Source of the DNA: Bugula neritina
Taxonomy: Eukaryota; Animalia; Bryozoa
Assembly (NCBI GenBank): GCA_964035545.1
Contig: CAXIUT010000229.1
Span: 1-48,714, forward strand
Length of the DNA: 48,714 nt
Direction of reading: 5' to 3'
A program made the position numbers and the translations under genes. Positions 12,439-25,604 of the stretch are shown here, one piece after another. Under the pieces are notes generated by a model. It saw nothing but the letters and a program-made list of their open reading frames with translations. It was not told where the DNA came from and searched no databases. Position 1 is the first letter of the stretch. Each line of letters opens with the position of its first letter.

Positions 12439-13163
12439 TAATTCTCCTTTCAACTCTTGTGCTATCTCAGCAGTATTCATACTAGGACAAAAAGCTGCAT
12501 TATTAACTTCAATCAGGAGAAGTGATTACATTTTTTTGGCTTTAATCTGGATACTATCTTTTCGGAAATTCATTTCCAGATGAATATAAGAATAAGCTTC
12601 GTAACCTTTCCTATCCCTGGACAATGGTGAGAGAATGCGAGATGCTTGTAAAGAAAACATAGTAATAAATAGGTAGAAAATTTCATATAAGTGTCATTAC
12701 TGATCAAGTGGATCTATGTCGAACTTGCTATCTTTATCATTATGGAGGAACTATTGCTGATCTAGACTACGATATCAACTACACAAGACATCTTTAGCTC
12801 ATCAAAGAACATGATGTTTTCTTTTCAACTAGGTATGGAACTATTGATAGTTTTTATGTTTTTGTCAAATAAAAAAGGAGTCCTTTGATGCTATAGGTAC
12901 TCAAACGTTGGGATGATACTCTTTACCTGTTTGGAGATTCACCTCATGATATCATTAAGTATCGAGTGCATTTGTTACCGGATGATTCTGAACATCATCA
13001 GAGAATAAATACCTGGCATTCTTCATATATCATCAAACGACAGTGGAAATATATTGTGATTTTGCTGTTGATCTTATCGTTTTCAGTGTACCTTTTGAGG
13101 AAGTGGTACAAAGGTACAAAAACAAACCAGAATTATGATATGGTTGACAGAGTGACTGATTGA
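12439..13163 (+). CDS. 5'-truncated DxD glycosyltransferase (GT32/OCH1-like) with C-terminal transmembrane helix
   Basis: Frame is open from the junction (ILLSTLVLSQQY, the tail of a signal peptide, no ATG); DQVDLCRTCYLYHYGGTIADLDY matches the GT32 D..R...LY..GG...D.D motif; TGA at 13161-13163. Confidence 0.75.
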
Positions 13164-13451
13164 TTTGTCGTTTGAACATATTTATCCATCTTATTCAATA
13201 TTATCTTAATTGTCTATTTATCAAAATGACCTGCTTGAATGTTGGTGGTCAGATTTAATGACTCTTTATTTGAATTATCAGAAATATCAAATATGCTAAT
13301 TTGAATTTAAATGATTTATTGGCAAACAACTTTCTTGTTTTTGATTGTAGATGAAGAAATAAGTCTCATTAGAGTGTTTTTGTATGCTTTATTTTTTTTT
13401 TGAGATTTGCTTAAATACTCCCACCAATTAATAATATATACGCATTCATCG

Positions 13452-16400
13452 ATGGAGTAAAAAATCTAAAAAATATTTTGTTACTTTAAAAGTATCAAAA
13501 ACGAACCTTTCTACACCAGCTGCATTAGTCAACTAGTCGAAATATACTAACTTAACCCTTCAGCTCTCAAATTCCTTTTATATAATCTAAACCAACTCAT
13601 ATTTGCCAATTGCAAAGAACCTAGACTAAGGTTAAAGCACAGACTCATCGCTGCCAGTCTTGTGCAAAAACTAAACAACATCTATACAAGGAGAACAGAA
13701 TAATTTATGAAATAAGATGCCAATTTTTAACTTTAGCATTTCCAAATTGACACAGTTGGTAACTTTAATGTCAAAGAGCCAACTCCCAACTGGGAAGAAA
13801 TCGATCTCTTCAAGATCATAGAAAGTCAACCTCTGCTATTTTCAACCAAAGGAAACGATTTCGCTGCTAATCCGAATGAACATTAAGAAGAAAAGAAAAT
13901 CTTTGATGAATTTCTCGATATGAATCATGCAACTATGCTCAATATCGAGAGTTCATTCAAAGATATTTCATCAACTAGTCAGGCTACAGAGGAAGTAATT
14001 AAAAATTAAGGCCTAAAATACAAAAATAAAATTGAAAAAATCAATAGAAAAGCACAGGAAGAGCTTGGAAGCATAGAAATAACCATCAGCAATCCTTTTA
14101 ACCTGATGTTTTAGATCTGTGTCAACAATCTATTGAACACAGAGTGGGAACTGAGGCATCTTTCAGTGCTCATAATCAAGGAGCTCTTTAGCCACTCAGA
14201 ATTTTTGGGATTTTCTGAGTGTTTTAGGCTGAGTCCTAATGATAGCAGAGAAAGTCGTTTCGCCAATATTGCCACTATCACTCGATAAGGTTTAAGGATG
14301 CATTTAGAGAACTCAAAAAAGAAGAAAGATCTCATAAATGAGATTATTTATAAGAATATGATTCTTCTTAGTTTGGATCGTTTTGCTGACTATCAGACAG
14401 ACGAAAGTATTATTCTGGTTCGCATGATTTCTGCAGATATTTTAGCACAGGCTGTTCTAACTTTAGAAAGTAGACAGCATACTATTTTACTAAAGATGTT
14501 AAAAAGATTATTTGACCATGATACACCTTTCAACAAACAAAACCAAAAGATAACTTGGTAGGTAAAACATTCCTTTCTTTATTTTTTGACGATCCTGATC
14601 AAGTTGGATCCATCATTTAGCAAGCCTCTTTGTTCAACTCTTGAGTAAAGTTTTATCAAAATGCTTGCAAATGATCAAATAGACGAAATAATTCTCTGCA
14701 TTTGTAAAATAATAGAACATTTTATTGGACAAACCTTTTTTAGTACTCAAAAAATAGAGAGAATGAATAGACAGATATGGGCTATAGTTTAAAATTTGGA
14801 TGATTTGAGTACATCAGCCAAAGAAACTCTTAGTTTGCTTATTAAACTTTTTCCATATTTTAAACTTAATGAAGGCAATTGTCTTGATAGGTTGAAGAAA
14901 TTCTTTATTAGTAAAATTCAGTAAGTAAGAGGAGAACTATACAGACTAACTACATCATTATACTAAAGAAAAAAACCCATTTAAGATAGCAAAATCGTTG
15001 AAAGAAACTTAGTTCAATTACTACAAGGGTCAATCATATAATCAACTTAGTAAAATTTCAGAGCAATAGGTGAAGTGATGCCTGAGATTCATCCTTACAT
15101 AATAAAGTCAAAGAATGTTCGTAAGTTGGTAGAATTTATAAATCTTTGTGTGACTCCTCATCAATATAGCGAGTAGATAGTGAATTCTAAATTTTTAATG
15201 AGTATCTAGAAATAAAAAAGCTAATATATTTCTAATGAGTATATGTATATCATAGAGCATTAAAATGTACATGCTCCGATCAATTCTTACATCGATAAAA
15301 GAATTTGGAAAGTCGGAATGGTTTTGAAGGAACTATTTAGAGTGTCGAGTGATGGGCTAGAAGAGTTAATTAGAGGAATTGCAAAAAATAACTAAAAAAA
15401 TCATAGAGGAAAAATACTTATCTTCAATATCCTTATATAATTATTGCCTAAATACAAAAAGGCCAAAATATTCGAGGAGCATAAAGAGATGGCAATCAAA
15501 ATTATTAATCTTTAATACAATGAATTCACAGACAACTAAATTCAAAAAATATATATACCTGCGATTTAAAAACAACTGGCAAATATTTTAACCATTAAAT
15601 AATATGAAATAGCTTAAAATAATGAAGCTTTAGCTACTATCAAAGAGACAGCATAGATGTTCAGTAAAAATGAATCAAATGGTTTGAAAAATAGTTTAAT
15701 AATTGCTAAAAAACTTGATGCTTTCTACAAATCTTAGTTGAAGCCTGTTTTTCTGGGAGAAATAGAGTTATTGCTTAAGATGTTCAACAATGTAATGAAA
15801 ATTCAAAGATAACTAATGAGAAATGTAAAAATAGTAGCTTTGAACTATTTTATTCAATATATCTTTCCTAACTAGGTTCAAAATAATCTTAACATCATTA
15901 TCAAATGTATTATGGACTCAATCGTAGAGGACGGATATCAATTCATAAGTGAGGCTACAGCTGATGCAGCAGTCGGATTATCAAGAATATTAAAAGATAA
16001 AAAGAAATTAGTCTATACTAAATTTAATAGCAATCTTTGTTTAAATGTATCGAACAATTATAAGTTATCGTAGTTGAATCTTAAAGAAAGAGGCGAGATA
16101 ATGTTATAGGGGAGATATATGGGTGCTATGTGCCTTTACATAGAAAAGATGGGCAAGCTGCTTCCATAGTATTTGAAAGATAGTTGGAAATACTATCTTT
16201 AGATAGATGATAAAAAAAATGTCCATGAAGAACATCTTCGATTATTAACTCTTCTAAGTGGCACTATAAATTCTATTTTAAGTATCGATAAGCATCCTAT
16301 TGATGGCTAGTTATTATTTATTGATAAATTTACAAAGAAAACGAATGATATAATTGAAAAAAACAAGGTAGAAAATGAGTTTAGCTAATCAATTAATATA

Positions 16401-18432
16401 AAGTTGAAGAGTATTCTTGAAAGTGTAGCTTTGTTTTGCAGTAGTAGTTATAGATAGATGCCAAAAGTGTCAAATATATTTTTCTAGTGGTTTCTTGCAT
16501 AGCTATAGGCATAAAATATATTGATTTATGAGGTATTAGAGAAGGCATGTGCTGATAACATAGTATAGATCGCTCCTATTTGTTCTTTATTCATTCTGAA
16601 TATAATAAAGTCGATAACTAAGATAAATCTACATGATTTGGCAATGAACAGTCTTTCCAATATCATCGTTGGAGTGTATACCAATATAACTAAGATATAG
16701 TTGAGTCCTTCTTTGCAAAAAGTATCTGATTAAGGAGTTGAATTTATCAAAAACTTTAAAAATACTTCTAATTTTAATTATCCAGTTGACGTTAGGTATA
16801 AACAAGATATAGTTTTGAGAGAGTATCAGATGGAAGGCATAAACTGGTTGGGTTTTTTGACTCGATATAATTTGAGTGGAGCTCTTTGCGATGATATGGG
16901 TCTTGGTAAAACTTTGCAAACTCTTACAGTTGTCTAAAACTAGTATCTGAAATGTGATAATAAAGACTATTTGCATAGTTTGATAGTCTGTCCGAATACA
17001 TTGATGCAGCATTGGGCTTTTGAGTACCAAAAGTATTTTTAAAACCCTTTGTGTGAGCTTGTGATAATCGACAATAAGAAAAAATTTGGATAGATATAGA
17101 AGTATGAAAATTCAAAGAAGCCTATTATTTTTATAACTGGTTATGGCGTAGTATAAAAGAATGACTGTTTGTTTGATAAGATACATTTCAAGTTTATCAT
17201 ATTGGATGAAGGTCATCTGATTAAAAATACTAAAACGCATAAGTTTAAGGCTATTAAAAAAATAAAAGGCTTGCATAGATTTATACTAACTGGAACTCCC
17301 ATTCAAAATAAACTCATCTAACTGTGGGGTCTTTTTGATTTCTTAATGCCTGGCTATCTATACACCGAATAACTCTTCAGAAAACATTACTAAAAACTAT
17401 TTAGTGTTAACTTGACTACTTTCAAAGAAGATGAGCTTCTTTTTTCAGACTAACAAAGAAAAACCTTATAAAAATTGCATTATAAAGTGATGCCGTTTAT
17501 TATGCGTCGCATGAAGACTGAAGTGCTGAAAGAACTACCTGAAAAGATAATAAACGACCAAGCATGTGAACTAACACCTTGTCAGTTAAAGCACTATTCT
17601 GACCTTTAGTAGCGTATTAGATTTCAAACTTAAAATAAGACGCTAAATCCATTAAAGAATTTACGTGATATGATCGATATAGTGAACCATCCTTATTTGG
17701 GAGATTTGGTTAGTCAGATTCATTGGGAAGATTCTGGCAAATTTATAGCATTAGGATAGATATTTTAGAACATAGGATTGACTGAAGAATAGTCAGTGTC
17801 ACAAAATAAAGTAATTATTTTATTATTTAGGTCATTATCTTTGCTAGATAAAAAGCCACTGTAGATTTAATTTAAAAATACATCAAGTAGGTTTTTGGAC
17901 ATATCAAATATTTAAAACTCACCTCAGATGTCAAAGAATCTTAACGTTTCGTTGTTGCCCAAATCTTCAATGGAGATAGCGATATAAAAGTAATATTATT
18001 TTTATTTAGATTTTAGTAGTTACTAAGGCTATTGGGGGTGTTGGTCTCAATCTCACATCAGCTAATGTGGTTATCATGTTTGATAGCGACTACAATCCAA
18101 CAATAGACATGCAGGCGATCGATAGAGCCCATCGCATTGGTCAAAGAAGAGTTCTGAATGTTTACCGTTTGATAACTAAGAATACTCTTGAGTAGAAGAT
18201 AATGGGAATTCAACAATTTAAGGTGAATATTGCTAATGCGATAGTAAATATTGATAATTCTTCAATAAAAAACATCAAAGAAAGCAAATTACCAGATCTA
18301 TTGGAAAACATCAACGATTTAGTCAAAACTAAGAAGAACTAAGAGAAGATTAGCCATACTATGTATGGAGCACTGGTAGCTGAAATGGAAAATAATAGTA
18401 TAGAGCCTTAATAGTTTATGAAAAGATATTGA
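13452..18432 (+). CDS. BTAF1: Mot1/BTAF1 TBP-associated Snf2-family ATPase
   Basis: [71 protein letters not shown]; 20-nt introns 17811-17830 and 17990-18009; 1647 codons. Confidence 0.9.
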
Positions 18433-18534
18433 TTTTATCTTTATTTACTATAATTTATCCTTTACTTATTATGATTTATCAATTATTCATTATAATTTAT
18501 TTTTTATTCACTATAATTTATCTTCATCATCTAA

Positions 18535-19518
18535 TCATTTGAGCTAGAGGGATAGTTCAATGGGACAATGGTCGCTTCCCATGATGTCGTTATTGATTTG
18601 AGAATCTTTGACATCAACTATTGATTTATCATTGATAAGGAAATAGTCGAGTCTCCAACCGATGTTTTTAGCTCTTCCGCCTGTTCTCATGCTCCACCAT
18701 GAATATTTGACAGTTTAAGGATAAAACTTTCTAAAGGTATCGACCCATCCTGTTTCTAAAAACTTGGTAAAGCTTTATCTTTCTTCAATAGTAAATCCAG
18801 CTGTTTTTTAGTTGCCTTTAGGCCTGGCAATATCAATTTCTTTATGACATACATTGAGGTCTCCACAAATGATGACAGTTTTCTTTTTTCTGAGTTAATT
18901 ACAATAATCTTGAAAACATTTATCATAGTCTCCTACTCGATAGCTGAGTCTATCAAGTTTTTGTCCTGAATTGGGAATGTAAGCTGTTATTAAATAAAAT
19001 TTTTAAAACTATACAGTAATAACTCTTCCTTCTTGTGAATGCTACTTTTGAGGTAAATCTTCTGAACTTGAAATAGGTAGATATTTTGAAAAGATAGCTG
19101 TACCTGAGTATCCTGCAGAAGTTTTACAAAAATTCCAATACCCATGATAGCCTGGTATCTTTATTGGATCTTTAGAGTAGGTAGCATGGTCGATTTTTGT
19201 TTCATTCAAACAAAATATATCAGGTTTCACTTTCTATAAATAACCTTGCAGATCTTGTCTATTTAACACAGCCCGGATTCCATTGACGTTCCATGATGAT
19301 ATTAGAAGTTTGTTTGGAGTTACTCCACTGCCATACTACCATAGAGATGAATGATTTTGATTTGAAAAGTTGACTGAGTTGACGTTGAATTGTTTTCCTT
19401 TGGACTTGGCTCCTTTTGATGACTACTCAGCAACTGACCCTGAGGATACTAGTTTGGTTTGTTTTAGAGCTTTACTGGGTTATTTTTAAGCTTTCTGAGC
19501 TTATTTTTTTGGAGGCAT
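18535..19518 (-). CDS. APEX1: AP endonuclease / exonuclease III
   Basis: SWNVNG, CLNETK, GYSGTA, QEGRVI, YIPNSG, GDLNV, GWRLDYF, GSDHCP; intronless, 328 codons. Confidence 0.95.
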
Positions 19519-19643
19519 TTTATTATAAGATTTAGCAAGATATGAACGCATTTGAATGACAAGATGACATTTATTGAGAGATGTTATTTTATTGCATTGA
19601 AGCAGATATTTAGCAATCATATGAATTATAATTAATTGGGGTA

Positions 19644-22328
19644 ATGTCTAAAAAATACTATGTTCTTTATTCTCTCTCTTAATTCTTTTTGCCTAGAATC
19701 TTTAAAACTAAAACCACCATCAATAAATACCTACGGTAAAACAGAAATCTCACCTATAAACCTTTCTACTCATCACAACAAGCTAATATCTTTGCCAAAT
19801 CCATCGAAGAATAATTACAGGAAAAGTATGTTAGAAATATTTAAAAAGATCATAATTAGGATCCTTAGTATGGTAAAAAACCTTTCTATCCCTACGATAT
19901 TTTTATGAAGACTAGTATAGAAGTAGAAAAGAAATAAGAATAAAGATATAAGGAAATTGATATCAACAACCAAGTTGAAAAAAATTAAATTAAAGAAGAA
20001 AAATAATAAATCAATCAAATGAGTAATATAAAACATGAAGAATAAATAATAGAAAATCCATAAGGAAAAGAATCAAGTGAAAATGTAGAAGTAAAAGAAG
20101 TAAGTTAGAATATAACAATTGAAGAAGTCATTGATCAAAAAGAAGTAAAAGAAGAAGTTATTGATAATATAGAAAGTCAGAAAGAATAAATCTTAAATGT
20201 TTTAGGAGAATAAATAGGTAATAATAAGGAAGTAAAAGAAGAAGTAAGTGATAAAATAGAAGTAAAAGAAGAAGTAAGTGATAACATAGAAGTAAAAGAA
20301 GAAGTAAGTGATAACATAGAAGTAAAAGAATAAGTAAGTGATAGCATAGAAGTAAAAGAATAAGTAAGTGATAACATAGAAGTAAAAGAATAAGTAAGTG
20401 ATAAAATAGATGTAAAAGAATAAGTAAGTGATAGCATAGAAGTAAAAGAATAAGTAAGTGATAAAATAGAAGTAAAAGAATAAGTAAGTGATAAAATAGA
20501 AGTAAAAGAATAAGTAAGTGATAACATAGAAGTAAAAGAATAAGTAAGTGATAACATAGAAGTAAAAGAATAAGTAAGTGATAAAATAGAAGTAAAAGAA
20601 TAAGTAAGTGATAACATAGAAGTAAAAGAATAAGTAAGTGATAACATAGAAGTAAAAGAATAAGTAAGTGATAAAATAGAAGTAAAAGAATAAGTAAGTG
20701 ATAAAATAGAAGTAAAAGAATAAGTAAGTGATAAAATAGAAGTAAAAGAATAAGTAAGTGATAACATAGAAGTAAAAGAATAAGTAAGTGATAACATAGA
20801 AGTAAAAGAATAAGTAAGTGATAACATAGAAGTAAAAGAATAAGTAAGTGATAACATAGAAGTAAAAGAATAAGTAAGTGATAGCATAGAAGTAAAAGAA
20901 TAAATAAGCGAAAATATTATAGTTGCAGAATAAGAGTAAGAAGCAGCTTTTAAAGTTTAAAAAGAAAAACATTTTTAGATGAAAACTGAGGATATTTCAA
21001 TAGAAAGTATTGATAATTAAGCGGATTTTAGTTTAAAAGTGTAAGATGAATAATAGTATAGTAAAAAGTAGCTTTTGGAAGCTCTTTAAAGCAATGTTAG
21101 AAAAGTTGAATCGTAAATGTATTCAAAGAATAAAAGATAAGAAAAGAATAAAATAGCAGAATAGTAAAAATAAAAATAAAAATAACTAACATTTGGAGAA
21201 TAAGAGAAATTTAAAGAGCAAATTAATTAAAAATAAGTCTAAGAATAGAAGTCAAACAAAAATTAAATATTAATTGAAGATAAATAATTAACAAAAGAAG
21301 TTAAATAATATAAAGTTTAAATATTAAGTTAAAATATTAAAAATAAAGAAAATGATGAAGAAATAATGATAAATCCAATAAATTAAGAAATAAGTCCAAT
21401 ATCAATAGTTGATATTATTCAATAGTAAGCAATACAAAAATAAGAAGTAATAGTTAAGGCAGTATCTTCATAACCATTATTTGAAGTTATTTAAGAATAA
21501 AAAGGAGAAAAAGAAGAAATATTAGAATAGTTACTAGTTAAATAGTCAATAGTTGAAGTTATTGAAGAATAAAATATCGAAAAATACTAAAAAATAGTAA
21601 ATCAATAGCCAATAGTTTAAGTTAATCAATAAAAAGTATAATAAGAAGAAATAGTAGTGAAGATAGAAGCTTCATAGTCAATAGTTGAGACTATTTAAGA
21701 ATAAAAAATAGAATAAGCTATCTAAGAACAAATTTAAACAGTTTAAAGTATAATATTCGATTCAAATAAAAACTAAAATATCAATATATCTCATAAAGAA
21801 CATCAATAGGATCTTTAAAAATAAATTAATCCTGAAGTAAAAGAATAATAAGAAAATAATATAAAAATATAAGAACTATAATTAATTTAATCACCTTCAT
21901 AGACATAAATAATGCAATATAATCCTTTGCTATCATCTAATTCAATCAATTTGAACTCTCTTCACTTATATTCCAAATTTTTATAACTAAATTCTCAATA
22001 CCCATAAGAATAATAGGCTAATTTAACAATAAACCTCACTCAAAATCAAAATCCAGGCATATCAGTCGCATAATACCATCTTTAGACTACTAGTACATCG
22101 ATTCATAAGATAAAATTGTTAGGAGTCCATAATAAGGCAAATTCTTTGGTTCTTAGTTTGTTTTCAGGTTTGAAATTGGCATCTGAATATAAGATAAGAT
22201 CACTTCGAGTGAAATCAGATATGGGCAATAGAAAAAGGTTTTAAAAATCAATAGATAAAAATCTAAAGAAGATGATATAGCCTTATAGTGAACTTTAGTT
22301 ATAGTTTAATAATATAAAATACATGTGA
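19644..22328 (+). CDS. 894-aa acidic repeat protein with RNase H1 hybrid-binding-like N-terminus and degenerate RNase HI-like C-terminus
   Basis: ATG 19644 and TGA 22326 are in the same frame. N-terminus KKYYVL...IFKT...LTYKPFYSSQQANIF; C-terminus NQNPG...LG...SLFSGLKLASEYKIRSLRVKSD. Domain calls are by eye. Confidence 0.7.
20229..20903 (+). repeat. Coding 30-bp tandem repeat, about 22.5 copies, EVKEEVSD(N/K/S)I
   Basis: Unit GAAGTAAAAGAA(G/T)AAGTAAGTGATAACATA, in frame with ATG 19644. Confidence 0.95.
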
Positions 22329-22338
22329 TTGTTTACTA

Positions 22339-23076
22339 TCATTGTTTCTTTAATATCTAAAATGGATTTATATCTCTCTCTTCCTGTTATTTTGATAACA
22401 TCTTCTCTTTCATCTTTTATAGAGTTTGCTGTGACATCTTTTCTTTTGTTTCTTATTTTGTTTTATTTACAGGTTCTTTAGCTTTAGTCTGTTCTTTAGT
22501 TTTAGTCTCTTATTTTGTTTTTGTCGGTTATTTAGTTTTATTTGTCGGTTATTTAGTTTTATTTGCAGGTTATTTAGTTTTGTTTGTAGTTTACTTTGTT
22601 TTATTAGTTGTTTATTTATTTTTGATTATTTATTTGGGTTTGATTTTGTTTGATTTCTTTTTTTTATCAATTTTATTACCCCATTTTATTTTTTATTGAT
22701 CTGTTAAAGCTTTCCATAAATTCTTTATCTTCTTATTACGTTATTTATCGCATAAATCTAAATAATTTATCTATTTACTTTTATTTTATTAGAGAAATGT
22801 TGAACTTTTTATTTTACTTTTAACAAAATTTTTAAGTCCGAGTTTTATTTGTTTTTTCTTTTACTAACTTAGTTCCATCTTCTTATCTTTAGTATCTTTC
22901 TTTATCATTTTGCTTTTATTCTATTTTTTTGGCAATGAATATTATTAAGCCAATTGAAACTGTGTTTGATTATGTGATATCTTCTTGAAGAATATATTCA
23001 TTGTATTTATTAATTCTGTCATCTGAGTTATTGTAGTTAGTACGAAGTATTTGGTGGAGTTGGCGGGGATTTTCAT
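22339..23076 (-). CDS. Basic protein with HMG-box-like motif and 21-bp repeats (TNKTKEP)
   Basis: 246 codons ATG to TGA; KKIKNLWKALTDQEKIKW resembles HMG-box helices 2-3; repeats near 22510-22610. Confidence 0.6.
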
Positions 23077-23143
23077 TTGATCTTTAATTAATAATTATAA
23101 AAAGTTGATAATTATTTATACTATCATTTAATTCTTGTTTCTG

Positions 23144-23878
23144 ATGGTAGATAGATACAAATCATATATCAATAGTTAGATCCACTAACCTCTCGATCCA
23201 TCTCTACCTAAACCTGCATACAACAAATAACTACTTCAAAGAGTTAACAATCATACTACAAGAATGAGATAACATATAAATAAGTATAAAAGAAATATAA
23301 ACAATGATACTAATCTTATAATAAATGATTTTAAGAGTTAGCAGGTAATGTTGGTTCGAGATCGGAAGTTGATGCAGTAGTAGTTGGATATTTTGTAGAG
23401 GTAGGGGAAATAGAATAAGCCTGAATATAATTTTGTGAAGAAGTAGTTGTTGAAAGCAGTTAAGAATGAGATTAATTTGTAGTTGTAGCTGAACCAGGAA
23501 ATAACTAAACAAAAATAGAATAAATAAAGAATTAAAGCACAATTACAACTATCGTCACCTCAAATAGCCAATGCAGTCAAAGATATATAAGCTAAATTAC
23601 AAGATATACTCTATCTAGAACAACAAATCAACTAGTGCGTTCAACTATTGTAAATAATCGGAGTGCTTACACATGCAAACGGGTAGAAAATAGACTAGAT
23701 AAGCTAGAGAGTAAGAAATGCCAATCAAAATATCGAAAGAGCTGAGGCCAATATCGATAAAGCCAAAATAGCTATGTAGAGGAGTAGATGTAGAATGTGT
23801 TGTATAATATTGTTGGCTCTAGTAGTAATAGCTATTTTAGTAGGAGTGCTATTTGGATTTAACGTTTTTGGTTTATGA
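23144..23878 (+). CDS. Syntaxin-like Qa-SNARE
   Basis: SNARE motif DIEAKLQDILYLEQQINE...NGEKIDEI followed by a C-terminal transmembrane helix; 245 codons. Confidence 0.8.
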
Positions 23879-23909
23879 TTCTATTTTATATTTATAATAA
23901 TAACAAACT

Positions 23910-24380
23910 ATGAATTGGAAAATCGTTGTGATTGGTTTGTTTGTTTCTGTGGCAACTTCTCTGAAATATCATCAGTAGAAGTTGAGTGTATCGAAAGAAA
24001 GATAGCATAACAAAAGGCTGTTGGTCAGCGATAGGAGTTCTTTGTAATCTGATAGACATTCTTTGAATGCCCATCCTTTTTTGAATAAGAAAGAGGAGAA
24101 ATAGTAGGAGTAGAAAGTTGAGGAGGAAATAAAGTAGGAGCAGGAGGAGATGTAGACGAAGACAGGTGCAAAGTAGAAGCAGAAGTAAAAATAGTAGTAA
24201 AAAAAGTAGCTTTCTTCTGTTTGGCATTTTTACTTTATCTCATTGATTTTACTAACATTACTGGGAATGAAAATATTGTCTCATTTCGAGCAAGGAGTTC
24301 ATAAAATGTCTAATCTAAATCATCATCAAACCATATCAAACCAATCAGAATAAGATCAATACTAAAACGATATTAATTGA
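23910..24380 (+). CDS. Small type I membrane protein (signal peptide, acidic stalk, TM)
   Basis: MNWKIVVIGLFVSVATS...E/K-rich...VWHFYFISLILLTLLGM; 157 codons. Confidence 0.7.
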
Positions 24381-24471
24381 CTACTTGATATCATTACTAT
24401 CTTAATCAAATTAAATTACTTTGATAATTGACTACTTGATATCATTACTATCTCAATCAAATTAAATTACT
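24375..24471. repeat. 51-bp tandem duplication spanning a stop codon and the intergenic gap
   Basis: AATTGACTACTTGATATCATTACTATCTYAATCAAATTAAATTACTTT occurs twice with one mismatch. Confidence 0.9.
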
Positions 24472-24486
24472 TTAATATTATTAATA

Positions 24487-25547
24487 ATGATGATCTTAAC
24501 CAAAATAGTCAAACAATCTTTCTCTCAGTTTTCCCATTTGACTCGTTTGCTGCAACCAATATAGTTTCCTCTTCATTAGGCTCCTTAAATGCCAACTCTC
24601 AAATTGAAATCATAGAAGTATATGTTGCATAATTGGTGGTCCTAACAACCATTTCAACTAGATGTCAATAGTTCAATGCATGTACCTGTTTTTTCCTTTC
24701 TGAATGGTTAGTATCTTCAAAAACAAATAGGTATTTTATTGTTCATTCAGCTTTACCTCAAGATATATTCAACTATCCTTTGAGAAGAGATCTTATTTAT
24801 CGACTCTACGATTTCAGAATCAATTTGGACAAATTCACTACGAAAAGAACGAGAAATAGAGCTATGACTCATGGTTCTGGCAAAAAAGTAAGACCTCAAA
24901 AAGGAATGGGAACAGCTAGAATGGGGGACAGAAGAGCACCCCATCTTTACAAAGGAGGTAAAACTCATGGAGCAAAACCAAAGGTATATTCTTATCCTTT
25001 GAATGCCAAGATAAAAATAAATGCATTGAAAGCGTTATTTTCTGCAAAACTAGCATAAGGCAAAATAAAGATAGTCGATAGTTAGGAAATAAGTGAACCT
25101 AAAACTAAATATGTATCTTCTATTTTTTAGAAACATATCAGCGATGATAGAGGTATTCTTTGTGTGATTACTAGTAAAAATCGTGATTAGAATTTTTAGA
25201 GAGCTCAAAGAAATATGAAAAGAATACTATGGCATGATAGTTTCAGTCTAGATGTTTTTAGTCTCTTCAAGGCTGATAAAATAGTTATCACCCAGAAAGG
25301 ACTTGAATAACTGGTGTAAAATATATATAAAACGATCTATGTGGCTTATAGACCTTCAGCTATGAAGTATCAAGATGACAAAAAGGCAAAATAGACTGAG
25401 TAGAGAGAGGAATAGATCGACCCTTCTCAACCTTACGAGTTCAAGTTCAAAATATTAGCAGAATATATGCAAAAATACTAGCAGTTGAAGAAAGATAAGC
25501 CAGATTTATTGGAAATTCAAAAATTCAAGACCCGAAAAGTAAGATGA
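24487..25547 (+). CDS. MRPL4: Mitochondrial ribosomal protein uL4m
   Basis: GSGKKVRPQKGMGTARMGDRRAPHLYKGGKTHGAKP; presequence-like N-terminus; intron 24731-24750; 347 codons. Confidence 0.9.
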
Positions 25548-25604
25548 TCTTCAATAGACTAATCAATAATATAAAAAGTTATTAAAATATGATAGTTGAA
25601 TATA

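Noticed and set aside
20177-20972. Two long minus-strand ORFs (MLSLTYSFTS and FFYFYVITYL repeats)
   Set aside because: Antisense shadows of the plus-strand 30-bp coding repeat.
23892-24227. Leu-rich minus-strand ORF, and similar ones at 1120-1404, 6241-6531, 8443-8649 and 23231-23542
   Set aside because: Antisense of Glu/Lys-rich plus-strand genes.
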